Virus record (IMG/VR): IMGVR_UViG_3300027377_000018
DNA length: 64,000 nucleotides
Direction: 5' to 3' (one strand)
Source of the DNA: a virus
Both the position numbers and the translations under genes were made by a program. The notes under the pieces were generated by a model that saw only the letters and a list, made by a program, of their open reading frames with translations, ran no database searches and had not been told where the DNA came from. This document shows positions 29,588 through 40,029 of the stretch, in pieces. How positions within the stretch are numbered: the first letter of the stretch is position 1; each line of letters begins with the position of its first letter.

Positions 29588-30344
29588 CAATCGGTATCCT
29601 TGTCGTTAAACGCCTCGACCAGCCCGGCCTCCGCCGCCTGCAGCAGTTCGGAGACGACGCCGGGCTCACTGCCTCGCGCTGCCCCGATCTCCAGGGCGGT
29701 GCTCATTTCAAGGCCGATGACCTGGCCCGAGGGTGCGAAGCGGAGTTGACCGAGACAGGTCAAAAGGACGTCCCAGGCCTGGTGTTCCTCCGGGGTCTGT
29801 AAGCCGTGTTCGCGGTAGGGGCAGCGTTGCCTGTCTAGGCCGACACCGCCTTCCGCGCAGGCCGCGCCTTCCCGGCGGCAGCCTTCGCAGTATCCGGGCC
29901 CTCCGCCTGGCCGGAAATGCCAGCGGCAGAGGGCCCTGATCCGTTTTTTGCCGCATTCAGGAGCACCTGCCTCAGCGTGAACTCCTGAAAAAACCGCTCG
30001 CCGACGGGATAGAGCTCCAGGATGGCGGTGACGTTCTCGGGCGTAACCGGTGGGTCGTCCTCAACCCCCGACCAGGCCGTGATATGCCGGTTACCGAGCT
30101 CCTTGATCAGCAGGTCCTGGAACAGGCCGTCCCGTTCCGCCTCATCCTCGAGGACCGGCAGCCCCTCTAGCGGCAGACCGCTTTCCCGGCGTTCCCGGGC
30201 CTGCGCCTCCAGGCTCTCGACGCGGCGCCGCGCGGCGGCCTGCGCCGCCGCCATACCGGCCGTGGTCAGGGGTTTGACGGTGACCGTGACGCCATAAGGC
30301 AGCTCGATCTCATAGGGTTCGGTTTGGGGTTTGAGGCTGATCAT
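29587..30344 (-). CDS. Tail assembly chaperones gpG (29835-30344) and gpGT via -1 frameshift
   Basis: A AAA AAC slippery heptamer at 29943-29949. The -1 frame is open (KRIRALCRWHF...AFNDKDTD*) to a TGATG overlap with the tape measure start. Confidence 0.8.
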
Positions 30345-30354
30345 GCCCAGGTCC

Positions 30355-31308
30355 TCATAAATAGTCGGTCCCATCCAGATCGTTGACCAAGGTGACGGTC
30401 AGCATCCGGCCTGCCACATCGTTCTTGGCACCCTGGAAATCGAAACTCGCCTGCACCCCGCCGGGGCCATCGACCGCCAGCTTGGGCTTCGGCAAATAGA
30501 CCTCGTGGGCTGTGAACAGGATCTTGGCGGTGGCGCTCAGCGTATAGCCGAACTCCAGGTCCACCGGCGTGCCGCTCGCCGCATCGTCGATAAGCCCAGT
30601 GTCGGCGAAGCGCACGTCGATGCGCCCGGTGAGCGCCGCCACCGTCGGGTCGGCGCCGTCGATAAGGCCATCGGAGCGGATGGTCTCGATCTTCTCCAGA
30701 TTGTTGGCGTAGGTCAGCGATCCGCCGGTCAGATTACCGACGGGCGTCCCGCCCCGCGTGATCGAGCCCTGGAACTGGCTGATGCGCGAGAAGGCGAGCG
30801 AGGTCGGCGTGCCGCCCTGCGACGCGCCATATCTGGTCTCCCCTTGGGCCACAGCGCCGATGGTGGCGGCCGCCGCGCCCGAGCGCTGGAACTCGAGGGC
30901 AAGGGAATTGAGTTTGACGCCCGTGTGCATGAAGAATGCCGGCACCTCCGGCTGGCCGACCTCGATGGAATAGCTCGGAATGTCCTGGGCGCCCGAGGCG
31001 AAGACGTGATCGAAGGTGCCGTCGAGATTGTCCGTCGTCGCCGGGTCGCCAAGCAAACCGGTCAGCCAGAAACCGAGGTAGCGGGGATCGATGGGTACGA
31101 CGATGTCGCCCTCGTCGTTGATCACGTCCTGCAGCGGCGCCAGGGGATCCCGCCCCTGGCCCAGCACCGGATCGTCGATCAGCCCCTGTTCGCTACCGAG
31201 TGAGCAGCGGTTGAAGGGCATGCGCACATAGTTGCCGGTAGCCAGCGTGCCGAAGGCGGTTTCCCGCTTCAGCAACAGCGAGGCGTTGGCGCCGTAGGAT
31301 CGGGCCAT
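30355..31308 (-). CDS. Major tail tube protein
   Basis: MARSYGANASLLLKRE...SEQGLIDDPVLG...VDGPGGVQASF; lies between terminator and chaperone genes. Confidence 0.85.
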   Translation of the reverse strand: MARSYGANASLLLKRETAFGTLATGNYVRMPFNRCSLGSEQGLIDDPVLGQGRDPLAPLQDVINDEGDIVVPIDPRYLGFWLTGLLGDPATTDNLDGTFDHVFASGAQDIPSYSIEVGQPEVPAFFMHTGVKLNSLALEFQRSGAAAATIGAVAQGETRYGASQGGTPTSLAFSRISQFQGSITRGGTPVGNLTGGSLTYANNLEKIETIRSDGLIDGADPTVAALTGRIDVRFADTGLIDDAASGTPVDLEFGYTLSATAKILFTAHEVYLPKPKLAVDGPGGVQASFDFQGAKNDVAGRMLTVTLVNDLDGTDYL

Positions 31309-31336
31309 CTCAAGGTCTCCTGATGTTCGTGAATTG

Positions 31337-31759
31337 TCAGCCCAGCGGGCTCTCGGTCTCGTACTCGACGGTCACGGTGATCGTGCCAGCCTTGATCGCC
31401 GGCGCGCCGGGCACCCCCTCGGCATCGATGTCGGGGCGGCCATAGGTCATACCGAAGGCGAGACCGCCGAGCGTCGGATCGGCATCGAGAACGGTCCCGA
31501 TCTCGCCGAGCAGGGCGTCGAAGGCCGCATCTCCCGCCTCGACGTACACCTCGACCTCGATCGCGTGGCTGTAATAGGCGCCCCCGAACCCGCCCAGCGA
31601 CGTGTCGGGTTCGCCCGGATCACCGTCGCGGAGCACGATCAGCCCGCCCGCGGTGATTTTCTCAGGCACCACGGCATTACGTTCCACCTTGGCTCCCGGC
31701 ACGGTTTCCAGACCTGCCCTGAGCGCCTCGAGGATCTGTTCCGTCTTACTCGCGGCCAA
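31337..31759 (-). CDS. Tail terminator-like protein
   Basis: Position and acidic 140 aa composition (DPTLGGL...VTVEYET). Confidence 0.65.
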   Translation of the reverse strand: MAASKTEQILEALRAGLETVPGAKVERNAVVPEKITAGGLIVLRDGDPGEPDTSLGGFGGAYYSHAIEVEVYVEAGDAAFDALLGEIGTVLDADPTLGGLAFGMTYGRPDIDAEGVPGAPAIKAGTITVTVEYETESPLG

Positions 31760-31763
31760 GGTT

Positions 31764-32414
31764 TCACTCCGAATTGATGTGCCGGCCGATCAATGACGGC
31801 AGCCGCCGCGACCAGCGCTCCGCCGACCGGCGAACATCCAACCGTTTAGGCATCCGGACCTGGGGCACCAGCAGGAACATGACCGCTGTGGCGATGCCGG
31901 CCTTCATCCGACCGGTCCTGGTGAAGGCGCCACCCTTGGCCCGGCGTCCCACACGGCCGGTTTTAGCGCTAACGCGGACGCCGTCGACGACCAGCAGCGA
32001 GGGGCCGCGCGCCCTGTAGACAAACCGCAGCGGTCCGAAGCGATGCTCCGGAAAGTTGGCCGGGCTGATCCGCTTGCCGCCAATGCCGCGCTTTGGCGCC
32101 GCCGGCGTCGGAATGGCCAGCCAGAAGCCGGATTTGCTCCGGATCACCGTTCCTTCGTCGAAGGTGCGAATGATCTGCGGCGCCTTGGTCCAGACCAGGC
32201 CCGCCGCGTCATGACCCTTGTTCGGATAGGTCCGGCTCCGCCAGGCCCTGGCGAGCCTCGACCCCAGTCCGGCGGTGACCACCTGCTTGCGCAAGCTCCC
32301 CTTGAGACCGTCGCCAGCCTCCTTGACGCCGGCGGCCACGGCTTTTTCGATGCCGCGCATTTCGGCCTGCAGATCGGCCTTGATGGAACCGACGATGGTC
32401 GCGGCGAGCTTCAT
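31764..32414 (-). CDS. Tail completion protein (DUF6441/gpZ-like)
   Basis: Basic protein with WLAIPT...FLLVPQVRMPKRLD motifs in the neck module. Confidence 0.65.
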   Translation of the reverse strand: MKLAATIVGSIKADLQAEMRGIEKAVAAGVKEAGDGLKGSLRKQVVTAGLGSRLARAWRSRTYPNKGHDAAGLVWTKAPQIIRTFDEGTVIRSKSGFWLAIPTPAAPKRGIGGKRISPANFPEHRFGPLRFVYRARGPSLLVVDGVRVSAKTGRVGRRAKGGAFTRTGRMKAGIATAVMFLLVPQVRMPKRLDVRRSAERWSRRLPSLIGRHINSE

Positions 32415-32453
32415 GGAAAATCCGATGGGGATCGCATACGGAGCGGCCGCAAA

Positions 32454-32768
32454 TCACGACGGCCTCGCATCCAAGGTCCAGATCAGCCGCTCGCTGTCTC
32501 GCACCGGTTCGCCCTGGACGACGAACGTCTCGCCATCGACCTCAAGTGTGTCCCCGGGACGCGGGCTCGGGACCTCGGAGACACGTAAATCGAACAGAGA
32601 GGTCTCCGTGTGGACGCGGGTGTCTCCGAAGTCGAATACCTGGTCGGGACGGCGAGCGATGACCCGAATGGCGACCGGATCGCCTGTTCCCTGCTCGCGG
32701 TAGACCGCTTCACGGGCGAGGTTTGGGTCCCCGAACAAGACATCGATCGCCGCGCCCACGGCAGACAT
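32454..32768 (-). CDS. Head-tail joining protein (gpFII-like)
   Basis: RVSEVPSPRPGDTLEVDGETFVVQGEP; beta-rich, neck position. Confidence 0.7.
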   Translation of the reverse strand: MSAVGAAIDVLFGDPNLAREAVYREQGTGDPVAIRVIARRPDQVFDFGDTRVHTETSLFDLRVSEVPSPRPGDTLEVDGETFVVQGEPVRDSERLIWTLDARPS

Positions 32769-33103
32769 CAGAAGCTGCCGTTGAGCCGCACCCGACCGAT
32801 GGTATCGCCGGCACCGCCGCCAACCGCCTCGACGGCCGTGCCGATCAAGGTGTTTCCGGTGGCGGTCTTGGTCGCGACCTTGTTGGTGTCGTCCCAGTAG
32901 ACCTTGTCGCCAGCACTCCAGGCCTGCGAGGCCGCCTTGGTCAGATCGAAGACGCCGACCAGGGAGGCCTCGACTTCCTCGCCGGTCAGGGCATCGCCGC
33001 CCGCCACGCCGAAGATCGCGCCGACCAACAAGCCGTCTCCGGAGGTGACGTCGTAGGGAGCGGCGAGCGTGATCGTATTGCCGGGCTGCACGTAGTTCTT
33101 CAT
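32768..33103 (-). CDS. DUF2190 capsid cement/decoration protein
   Basis: MKNYVQPG...GVFDLTKA...GDKVYWD...VRLNG. Confidence 0.85.
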   Translation of the reverse strand: MKNYVQPGNTITLAAPYDVTSGDGLLVGAIFGVAGGDALTGEEVEASLVGVFDLTKAASQAWSAGDKVYWDDTNKVATKTATGNTLIGTAVEAVGGGAGDTIGRVRLNGSF

Positions 33104-33180
33104 CACATTCTCCTTCAGATCAAAAGACGAAGGGCGGCCATCTGGCCGCCCATCTCGTCAATCAGGGGGATTGGGCCCGA

Positions 33181-35190
33181 TTACGCGCCAGGGTTCTTGT
33201 AAAGGCCGCGCCAGTCGATCGCCTTGGCGCCGAAGTCGAGCCGGCATTTGATCTCGACCCCGTCGACATCGAAGCCGTTGCGGGTCTCGATGTAGGCGCC
33301 CTGCTGGCCCTCGAGATAGGCGTACTCGATGGTGTCGATCTGGTTCGGGCTCGCCGCCAGGTACCAGGCGGTGTCGCTGTCGGCATCGAGCCGGGGCTCG
33401 GCGATCGGGCTCAGCGTGCGGATCGATTGCGGCACCACGTTCTGGGTTTCCGCCGGGACGATGTTCTGCGCCACCATCTGCTCCGCCTTGAGTTCGAGCG
33501 CCGCCGGCACGATCAGAAAGGCCGGTCGGATGTTGAGCACAGTCTTCTTGTCGAGGCCGGTCTGCTTGGCCATGGCCGTGCGGCCCTTGCCGACCGCATC
33601 GACACTGAGTGCGGCGCCGGTGCCTTCCAGGTTCTTGTGATCGGCATGGAACAGCGCCTTGTTGTCGGCCATCGCCGGATTGCCGGTGACGATGCCCCAG
33701 ACCACATCGCTTTCGAGCTGCGCGATCGAGTTGCCGTACATGGCGGGAATGCGCGTGAAAGCGTCGAGGTCGTCGTTGATCAGCACCTGCCGGGTGATCC
33801 CCACGACACGGCCGTAGGTCTCGATGCGGTAGCTTTCCTTCGATTCCCCGATGGTACCCCGCTTGAATTCGCCGCTTTCGTTGACCTTCAGCAGCTGCGG
33901 CGCCTCGCCCATCTGCACCCGGTGCATGGCCTTGAAGTCGGTGGCGAGCACCTGGCGGCAAAAGGCAAGGAAGGTGCGGGGATAGGCCTCGTAGGCCTGG
34001 CGCAGGGTCTTGTTGGTGACCGCCGCCAGGATTTCCGGGAAGTCGGAGGTCGAGTGCAGGGCCCGCGTCGCCACCTCGTCCCGTGACATGCCGCGGGTGT
34101 TGACGCCGGCCTCGCCGAGGCTTTCCCGGGCCAACTCCATCAGCGTCATGCCCCGGAACTGCCGGGCGGCGTCGGTGAGCTGGAACAGGGTTGGGCTGTA
34201 GCGGTGCAGAAGCGCATTGGCGGCCGCATCGCGCCGCGTCACCCGCTCGTCCTGCCCGCCGAGCGGCACCGAGACGTGACCGAAGGTCTGGGTCCGATCC
34301 GAGGCGTCCGCAAGGGTATCCAAGATCTGCCGGCGCGCCTCGTCTAGGCTCACGCCACGCTTCACCAGATCGTCGGCTACGCCACGCTCCAGCCCAAGGC
34401 GGGATGCGAGGTCGAAGATGGTCGCCGCCCGCTGGCGTTCGCCGGCGCGGGCCTCGGCGACCAGCGCCTCGGCATCGGGTTTCGGGTCTTCGGTGGTCTT
34501 CGCCGGCCTGGTCTCGTCGCGAGTCTGAGGCGGCTCCGTCTCTTCCGGCGCAACCTTCTCGTCGGCGGCGTCAATCGCGTCATCGACTTCGATGTCTTCG
34601 TCATTCATGGGATTGGTCCTTTCGGTCCTGGGAACCGTGCCGGCACGATGCACGACGCAGGCGTGAAGGGTTTCGGTGGAACGGAAGCCGGCTGCCGGAT
34701 CGGCGCCAACTGGCACGGCGGAAATCTCGAAGGGCGTCCAGTCGACGGCGCGCCATAGTTCGCGGCCGCCCTCGGGCTTGGACACCTCGTAGCGATGGAC
34801 CTGGTAGCCGATGGACACCGCGCGGATATGGCCGGCCTGGATGTCCCGCCAGATGGCCTCGACATCCTCGCGCTCGCTGAGACGCACGGTGGCGACACCG
34901 CGACCGTTCTCGATTCGCGCGGAGTCGGGCGCGACCGAGCCGATCACGGCATCGAGCTCGGTCAGCTCGTGCACCCTCAGGAAGGGCGCGCCGGCATTCA
35001 GCCGCTCGAGCCGGACATGCGCCGGATCGAGGCTCAGTTCCTCGTCATAGGCGTCGCCGAAGAAAGGCACGCGACGCACCCGCGCGCCCGTCGACCAGAC
35101 CACCTCGACGGTACGGGTGTCGCTGTCGACGGAACCCGGCGCGAGCTCGGCCATCCGGCGAAGCGCCGGCAGTTCGATCGTCTTGTCCAT
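33181..35190 (-). CDS. Prohead protease-major capsid fusion protein
   Basis: N-terminal protease (VSIGY, EISAVPVGAD), acidic linker, then capsid domain (HSTSDFP, YGRVVGITRQ, DWRGLYKNPG). Confidence 0.92.
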   Translation of the reverse strand: MDKTIELPALRRMAELAPGSVDSDTRTVEVVWSTGARVRRVPFFGDAYDEELSLDPAHVRLERLNAGAPFLRVHELTELDAVIGSVAPDSARIENGRGVATVRLSEREDVEAIWRDIQAGHIRAVSIGYQVHRYEVSKPEGGRELWRAVDWTPFEISAVPVGADPAAGFRSTETLHACVVHRAGTVPRTERTNPMNDEDIEVDDAIDAADEKVAPEETEPPQTRDETRPAKTTEDPKPDAEALVAEARAGERQRAATIFDLASRLGLERGVADDLVKRGVSLDEARRQILDTLADASDRTQTFGHVSVPLGGQDERVTRRDAAANALLHRYSPTLFQLTDAARQFRGMTLMELARESLGEAGVNTRGMSRDEVATRALHSTSDFPEILAAVTNKTLRQAYEAYPRTFLAFCRQVLATDFKAMHRVQMGEAPQLLKVNESGEFKRGTIGESKESYRIETYGRVVGITRQVLINDDLDAFTRIPAMYGNSIAQLESDVVWGIVTGNPAMADNKALFHADHKNLEGTGAALSVDAVGKGRTAMAKQTGLDKKTVLNIRPAFLIVPAALELKAEQMVAQNIVPAETQNVVPQSIRTLSPIAEPRLDADSDTAWYLAASPNQIDTIEYAYLEGQQGAYIETRNGFDVDGVEIKCRLDFGAKAIDWRGLYKNPGA

Positions 35191-35206
35191 CTCGTTTCCT
35201 TGATTG

Positions 35207-36736
35207 TCAGTCGTTGGCGATCAGCCGCAGATCCGGTTCGTCTTCGTCCTGCTGATCGTCGGCATCCACTGTCTCGGTGCTCTGGGCGGACCCCGTCTTG
35301 GTGACCCGCCTGGGATCGGTGTCGAGAACGATGCCAAGCTCGTCGAGCTTGGCGTTGGTGGCGGCGATCTCGGCCAGCACCGCGTCCGGATTGCGGCCCT
35401 TGCGGGCAATCGCCTCGGCGAGCGTCTCGGTGCCGGAGCGAATGGCCAGAAGGTCGGCCATGGCATCCTTCTGCGGATCGACCGCTTCAAACTTGGGCGG
35501 CGACCACTCGACACGGACAATCGGCTCGGGAATATGCCCGGCCGCCCACGCCGCCTCGGTGAACCAATTCCAAACCCGGTCGCAGAAGAGCGGGACAAAT
35601 AGCTGCCACTGCACGGCATCGATCATGCGGCGGAACTCGACGAGCCCGGCCCGGATCGATGAGTAGTTCACCTGCGAGAGATCCCCGGTGAGCAGCTCGT
35701 AGGGCACACGGAAGCCCGCCGCGATGGTGTGCAGGCTGGCCCGCTTGTATTCGGCATAGCCGCCGGTCGCCGCCGGCTGGTTGAAACGGATCTCCTTGCC
35801 GCCACGGGCGTAGGCGATGAGCCCCGGCTCGAACTGCTCGACGCGGTTACCGTCCGCGTCCACCACCGTCGGCGCGATCCCCTGTTCCGCCTCGTCGGCG
35901 CCGAACACGATCGCGGTGACGCAGGCCTCGGTCTTCTTGCGCACGATCTCGGCGATTTCGTAATCGTCGAGATCCCGCAAGGATCGGATCACCGGCGCCC
36001 CCCAAGGAACCCCGCGTGCCTGAGTCCGCTGTTTCTCGTAGACATGGGCGATCTCGGCAGCCGGCACGGCGACGCTCTTGAAGCCACCCTGCAGCGCCCC
36101 AAAGGCATCGCCCGGATGGCGGGCGTACAGCCAGTAGGCGCGGCGGCGACCAATGGCATCGAACTCGACCCCCTGAACCGCTTGTCCCGACCCGACCTCC
36201 CCGTTCTTCGTGTTGTCGAGAAAGTCTGCCTCGAGCACCTGGACCTGGACCGGAATGGCCAAGCCGTCCGCGGCGCGACGGGGGCGACGACGGACAAGAA
36301 CCTCGCCGCCTTCGATCATCTCCCGGCACACGAGGGTCTGCAGGCCATAGAAGTCGAGCTGCCCATCGGCATCGCAACTGCGAGCCCAGGCTTCCCAGAG
36401 TTCGTTGACCGTCCGGTCGAGCCGGTCGTCGCCCGACGCCGCGCGCGGCATGATCCCGGCGCCGACGATGTTGTTGACCAGCACCGCCACCGCCTTGGCG
36501 GCATGCGGATTGTTGCGCACCAGATCGCGCATGCGATCTCGGAGCAGTGCTCCAGCCGTCGCGATCTCGGTATCGGCCGAGGTGCCGGGCGAACGCCAGC
36601 CGTCCGTCCGTCGTCCGCGAGCCGCGCCCTCGTAACCACGTACGAGTCCCTCGAAGGCCTGTCGCGCCAGCAGGCGCCGTGTCGCCGTCCGGGGCGAGAC
36701 CATGGCGATCGCCCGGTCGAACCAGGTCGCATTCAT
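35207..36736 (-). CDS. Portal protein, lambda family
   Basis: YEGAARGRR, RDLVRNNPHA, RGVPW, GDLSQVNYSSIRAGL, VDPQKD. Confidence 0.93.
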   Translation of the reverse strand: MNATWFDRAIAMVSPRTATRRLLARQAFEGLVRGYEGAARGRRTDGWRSPGTSADTEIATAGALLRDRMRDLVRNNPHAAKAVAVLVNNIVGAGIMPRAASGDDRLDRTVNELWEAWARSCDADGQLDFYGLQTLVCREMIEGGEVLVRRRPRRAADGLAIPVQVQVLEADFLDNTKNGEVGSGQAVQGVEFDAIGRRRAYWLYARHPGDAFGALQGGFKSVAVPAAEIAHVYEKQRTQARGVPWGAPVIRSLRDLDDYEIAEIVRKKTEACVTAIVFGADEAEQGIAPTVVDADGNRVEQFEPGLIAYARGGKEIRFNQPAATGGYAEYKRASLHTIAAGFRVPYELLTGDLSQVNYSSIRAGLVEFRRMIDAVQWQLFVPLFCDRVWNWFTEAAWAAGHIPEPIVRVEWSPPKFEAVDPQKDAMADLLAIRSGTETLAEAIARKGRNPDAVLAEIAATNAKLDELGIVLDTDPRRVTKTGSAQSTETVDADDQQDEDEPDLRLIAND

Positions 36737-36954
36737 CAACGGTCCCCCCGGTTGAATCCGGCAAGTCCGGCGACGGGCGGAAGATTGCCGGCGCCCGTCA
36801 TCGCGCGCTCGATGGTGCGGATCCGACCCAGCAGGTCGTCGGCCGAGCCGTACTCGACGGATTTCCCATCATAGCTGACCCGCAGCGTTCCGCTCGCATA
36901 GGCACGCTTCAGCGCCGCCAGCTCGTTCTCTGTCCAGTCACTCACCCGAGCCAT
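36736..36954 (-). CDS. gpW-like head completion protein
   Basis: SGTLRVSYDGKSVEY; small ORF between terminase and portal. Confidence 0.85.
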   Translation of the reverse strand: MARVSDWTENELAALKRAYASGTLRVSYDGKSVEYGSADDLLGRIRTIERAMTGAGNLPPVAGLAGFNRGDR

Positions 36955-38951
36955 CCTTCATTTCGGCCGAACCACTCCGAGCGCCTCTTGCCCTTAGGCT
37001 CGGGCGACACGCGGTTCACGACGCCGGCCGTCGCCTCATCATCGGAAGGCACGCCGAGTTGTTCCTCCAGATCCTGCCATTTGGCATCCGGCCAACGGTC
37101 GGCGCCGGCGATCCAGGCGGCGGCGCGCGCATAGACCCGGCAATCGAGCGCCTCGTTCCGTTCCCGGAGCTTCTGCCATTCCAGCCGGGCAAAGCCGCGC
37201 TTGGTGCGCACCGTGACCAGCTGCTCGGCGACGAGCTGCTTGAGCCATTCGGCATCGACCCAGCCAGGCAGATGCACCGTGCCGGCCGGGAAGCGCGCAC
37301 CGTTTTCCAAATCGTCGTCGGTCGGGCGATCGAGCCTGAGAAAGCGGTAGGTCTCGGCCTTGAAAGTCGAAACCGCCACCGTCCAGAGCCGTGCGCCGCG
37401 GCGCAGACGCTTGCCGGCATCGGTTGCGTCCACAAAAGTCGGCCCCGAAACCGGACTCGCCCGGTTGAAACCCTCAACGCCCTTGATCGGCGCGACTTGC
37501 GCAAAACCTTGGCGGCGCGCCCACGCGTAGACCGCTGGCGCCTCGTATCCGGTGTCGATCGCGAGCTTGGCGATCTTTAGGTGGGCGCCGCGCTCATGCC
37601 GCCAGGTTCGGTCTAGGAGCCTGGCAAGCGCCTCCCAGGCTTGCTCGCGTTCCGGTCCGCCCTCGATCACGACGTGATCGACGAGCCAGCTCTCGAGCTC
37701 CCGGCCCCAGGCCCAGACGTCGATCTCGATGCGATCTTTCTGGACATCGGCGCCGGCAGTCAGGAACAGACCACCCGACGGAATTGAGCTCGCTTTCCAG
37801 CGTTCGCGTCGGTCATAGAGGCGTTGCCAATCCGGGGCTTCGCCTGTCTCGACCCAAGTCTCGCCCAGCACGGTGTTGCGGAAGGCCCGAATGGCCTCGT
37901 CTGACCCCTGAGCCGCCTCCCACGATCGCGCGATACGCTCCCAGGAGAGCCAACCGACAGGCGAATAGAGCGCCGACAGGTGAAACCCGATGGTCGATGG
38001 ATCGACCGCCTCGGCCGTACCCCGCCACTCGCCCGCCTCGAGCATCCTCGTCTTGTGATGCTCCGCGATGGGTTTCTCACAGGCGGCGCAATGGTAGGCA
38101 GCCGTCTCCGGCTGTCCTTTCTCCCAGCGCAATCGCTCGAACTCGAGCCACTGCATGTGCCCGCAATGGGGACAGGGCACAAAGTATCGCCTCTGGTCCG
38201 AAGCTTCGTATTCCCGCTCGATGCGGGAAAGCCCGCGGACCGTCGGCGTGGAAACCAGAAACACCTTGCGCCGATGGGCGAAGGTGAGGGAGCGGGCCTC
38301 GGCCAGTGTGACCGGATCCCCTTCCTCATCGGCGGAGGCCGGATAGGCATCGACCTCATCGAGAAAGATGTAGCGGGCCGGCGTCGAGCGCAGACCGACG
38401 GCCGAGTTCGCCCCGGTCATGATCAGAATGCCGCCGGCGAATTCCTTCGACAGCATAGTGTTGCCCGCGTCCCGCGAACGCGCCGGTTTCACCCGATCCC
38501 TGAGCGACGCACTTTCCTCGATCAGGGGATCGATGCGCTGCCGCGAGTTGCGTTTGGCGAGCTCCACGGTCGGCTGGACAGCCAGCGCCGGTCCTGGCGC
38601 CTGGTGGATGATGAAACCGATCCAGTTGTTGCCGGCCTCGGTGGCGCCCACCTGGGCGGCTTTCATGAACACGATCCGCTGCGCCGAATGGCCCGGCGAG
38701 AGCGCATCCATGATTTCCTTCATGTAGGGCGTGCGCTCTGTGCGGTATCGGCCCGGCTCGGCCGAGGCCCGGGCTGCCAGCATGCGATGCCGGTTCGCCC
38801 ATTCGGAAACCGTCAGCCAGGGATCCGGCTCCAGGCCGGCGCCCCAGGCGCGTAGCAGGGTCTCAGCGCCGTCGAACGCGAACAGATCATCCTTCGCCTC
38901 AGCGGAGGTCGAGCCGTACCTCGGCGAGTTCGTCGAGGTGGGCGCGGACAT
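36942..38951 (-). CDS. Terminase large subunit (gpA family)
   Basis: KAAQVGATE, FLDEVDAY, VSTPT, LTAGADVQ, RNEALDCRVYA. Confidence 0.93.
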   Translation of the reverse strand: MSAPTSTNSPRYGSTSAEAKDDLFAFDGAETLLRAWGAGLEPDPWLTVSEWANRHRMLAARASAEPGRYRTERTPYMKEIMDALSPGHSAQRIVFMKAAQVGATEAGNNWIGFIIHQAPGPALAVQPTVELAKRNSRQRIDPLIEESASLRDRVKPARSRDAGNTMLSKEFAGGILIMTGANSAVGLRSTPARYIFLDEVDAYPASADEEGDPVTLAEARSLTFAHRRKVFLVSTPTVRGLSRIEREYEASDQRRYFVPCPHCGHMQWLEFERLRWEKGQPETAAYHCAACEKPIAEHHKTRMLEAGEWRGTAEAVDPSTIGFHLSALYSPVGWLSWERIARSWEAAQGSDEAIRAFRNTVLGETWVETGEAPDWQRLYDRRERWKASSIPSGGLFLTAGADVQKDRIEIDVWAWGRELESWLVDHVVIEGGPEREQAWEALARLLDRTWRHERGAHLKIAKLAIDTGYEAPAVYAWARRQGFAQVAPIKGVEGFNRASPVSGPTFVDATDAGKRLRRGARLWTVAVSTFKAETYRFLRLDRPTDDDLENGARFPAGTVHLPGWVDAEWLKQLVAEQLVTVRTKRGFARLEWQKLRERNEALDCRVYARAAAWIAGADRWPDAKWQDLEEQLGVPSDDEATAGVVNRVSPEPKGKRRSEWFGRNEGWLG

Positions 38952-39462
38952 GAGCCTCCAGAACCTTCTGCATCTTGCTTGCCTCCAGACCGAGTTCGGC
39001 CGCCATCAGCGCCGCCGCGCGCGCGGGCCAGTTGACCCACGCGTCCCGCTCTTCGCGCGCCAGTCGGAAAACCAACGTGGTCGCGCGGGACCGATCGACG
39101 AGTTCGCCTTTCAGCTGCTGTAGTTTGAGCCTGCGCTCCTGCGCTTTCAGGACCTCATTGGCGGTCTTGGCCTGCAGGAACGTTGTCCCGCCGCCCGTCG
39201 AGGGCGTCGTCAGGCCTTGTTCGCGAAGCGTATCGCCAACGGCGGAGAGTGCCGTGTCCGGCACCGGCTTCAGTTTCTTAGTGCCGCCGCCCTTCCGTTG
39301 CTTGGAAGGGTCGGTCATCTCCGCGCGACGGCGATCCGAGGCGGCCGCGTCGATGGAGCCGTCTTCGAACAGGACGAGCCTACCGGCGGCTTTCGCCTTT
39401 TGGATTGCGCCACGCGACAGCCCGACATGGGCGGCGTATTGGCGCTCGCTCATGCCCTGCAT
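38899..39462 (-). CDS. Terminase small subunit-like protein
   Basis: N-terminal HTH (SERQYAAHVGLSRGAIQKA) and coiled region; immediately upstream of terL. Confidence 0.75.
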   Translation of the reverse strand: MQGMSERQYAAHVGLSRGAIQKAKAAGRLVLFEDGSIDAAASDRRRAEMTDPSKQRKGGGTKKLKPVPDTALSAVGDTLREQGLTTPSTGGGTTFLQAKTANEVLKAQERRLKLQQLKGELVDRSRATTLVFRLAREERDAWVNWPARAAALMAAELGLEASKMQKVLEAHVRAHLDELAEVRLDLR

Positions 39463-39560
39463 GCCACCCCCGAAATAGCAATGAAATGATGCACGTATTC
39501 ACTTGATGGTGTCGGCGATCAGAGCGTGTATGGCGTCACGATCAACGACGGAGCCGAACG

Positions 39561-39926
39561 ATGACCAACGCGATACCGACCACCCGCAACACGGATTGGG
39601 GCTTCTTCGGCACCATCGCTCACCGCGCTGACGCCGATGCCGCCTGGCCCATTGCGATGGAAGCAGTAGGGCGGGCGACCGGATGCCCCGAGACCGCGGT
39701 TCGCGACTTTCTCGACAGCCGCTACGGCCGGCATTTCGCGGACGACGTCGCGAATGGCTTGCACGCCGGATTGGCGCTGCGGTCCGCGATCGAAACCGCC
39801 GTCGAGCGCTGGATAGGCTGGACGATCAGCCGCCGCACAGGACGCGAAACTGGAATTCCACGCGGACTTCCCTACCTCACCGGCTTCGTCACCCACTGCG
39901 AGATCGAGGCCGAAGCGTTCGACTGA
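39561..39926 (+). CDS. Hypothetical phage protein
   Basis: WGFFGT...FLDSRYGRHFADDV, counter-oriented gene with RBS. Confidence 0.6.
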   Translation: MTNAIPTTRNTDWGFFGTIAHRADADAAWPIAMEAVGRATGCPETAVRDFLDSRYGRHFADDVANGLHAGLALRSAIETAVERWIGWTISRRTGRETGIPRGLPYLTGFVTHCEIEAEAFD

Positions 39927-40029
39927 ACCACCGCATTAATGGCCTCTGGCCCCGCGCCGCTAGCGGCCGGGGCTCCGGGCGGTAGGAGAGGCGCGATGGG
40001 CGCGCCTCCCGAGAACCCGGAGGTCAGTC

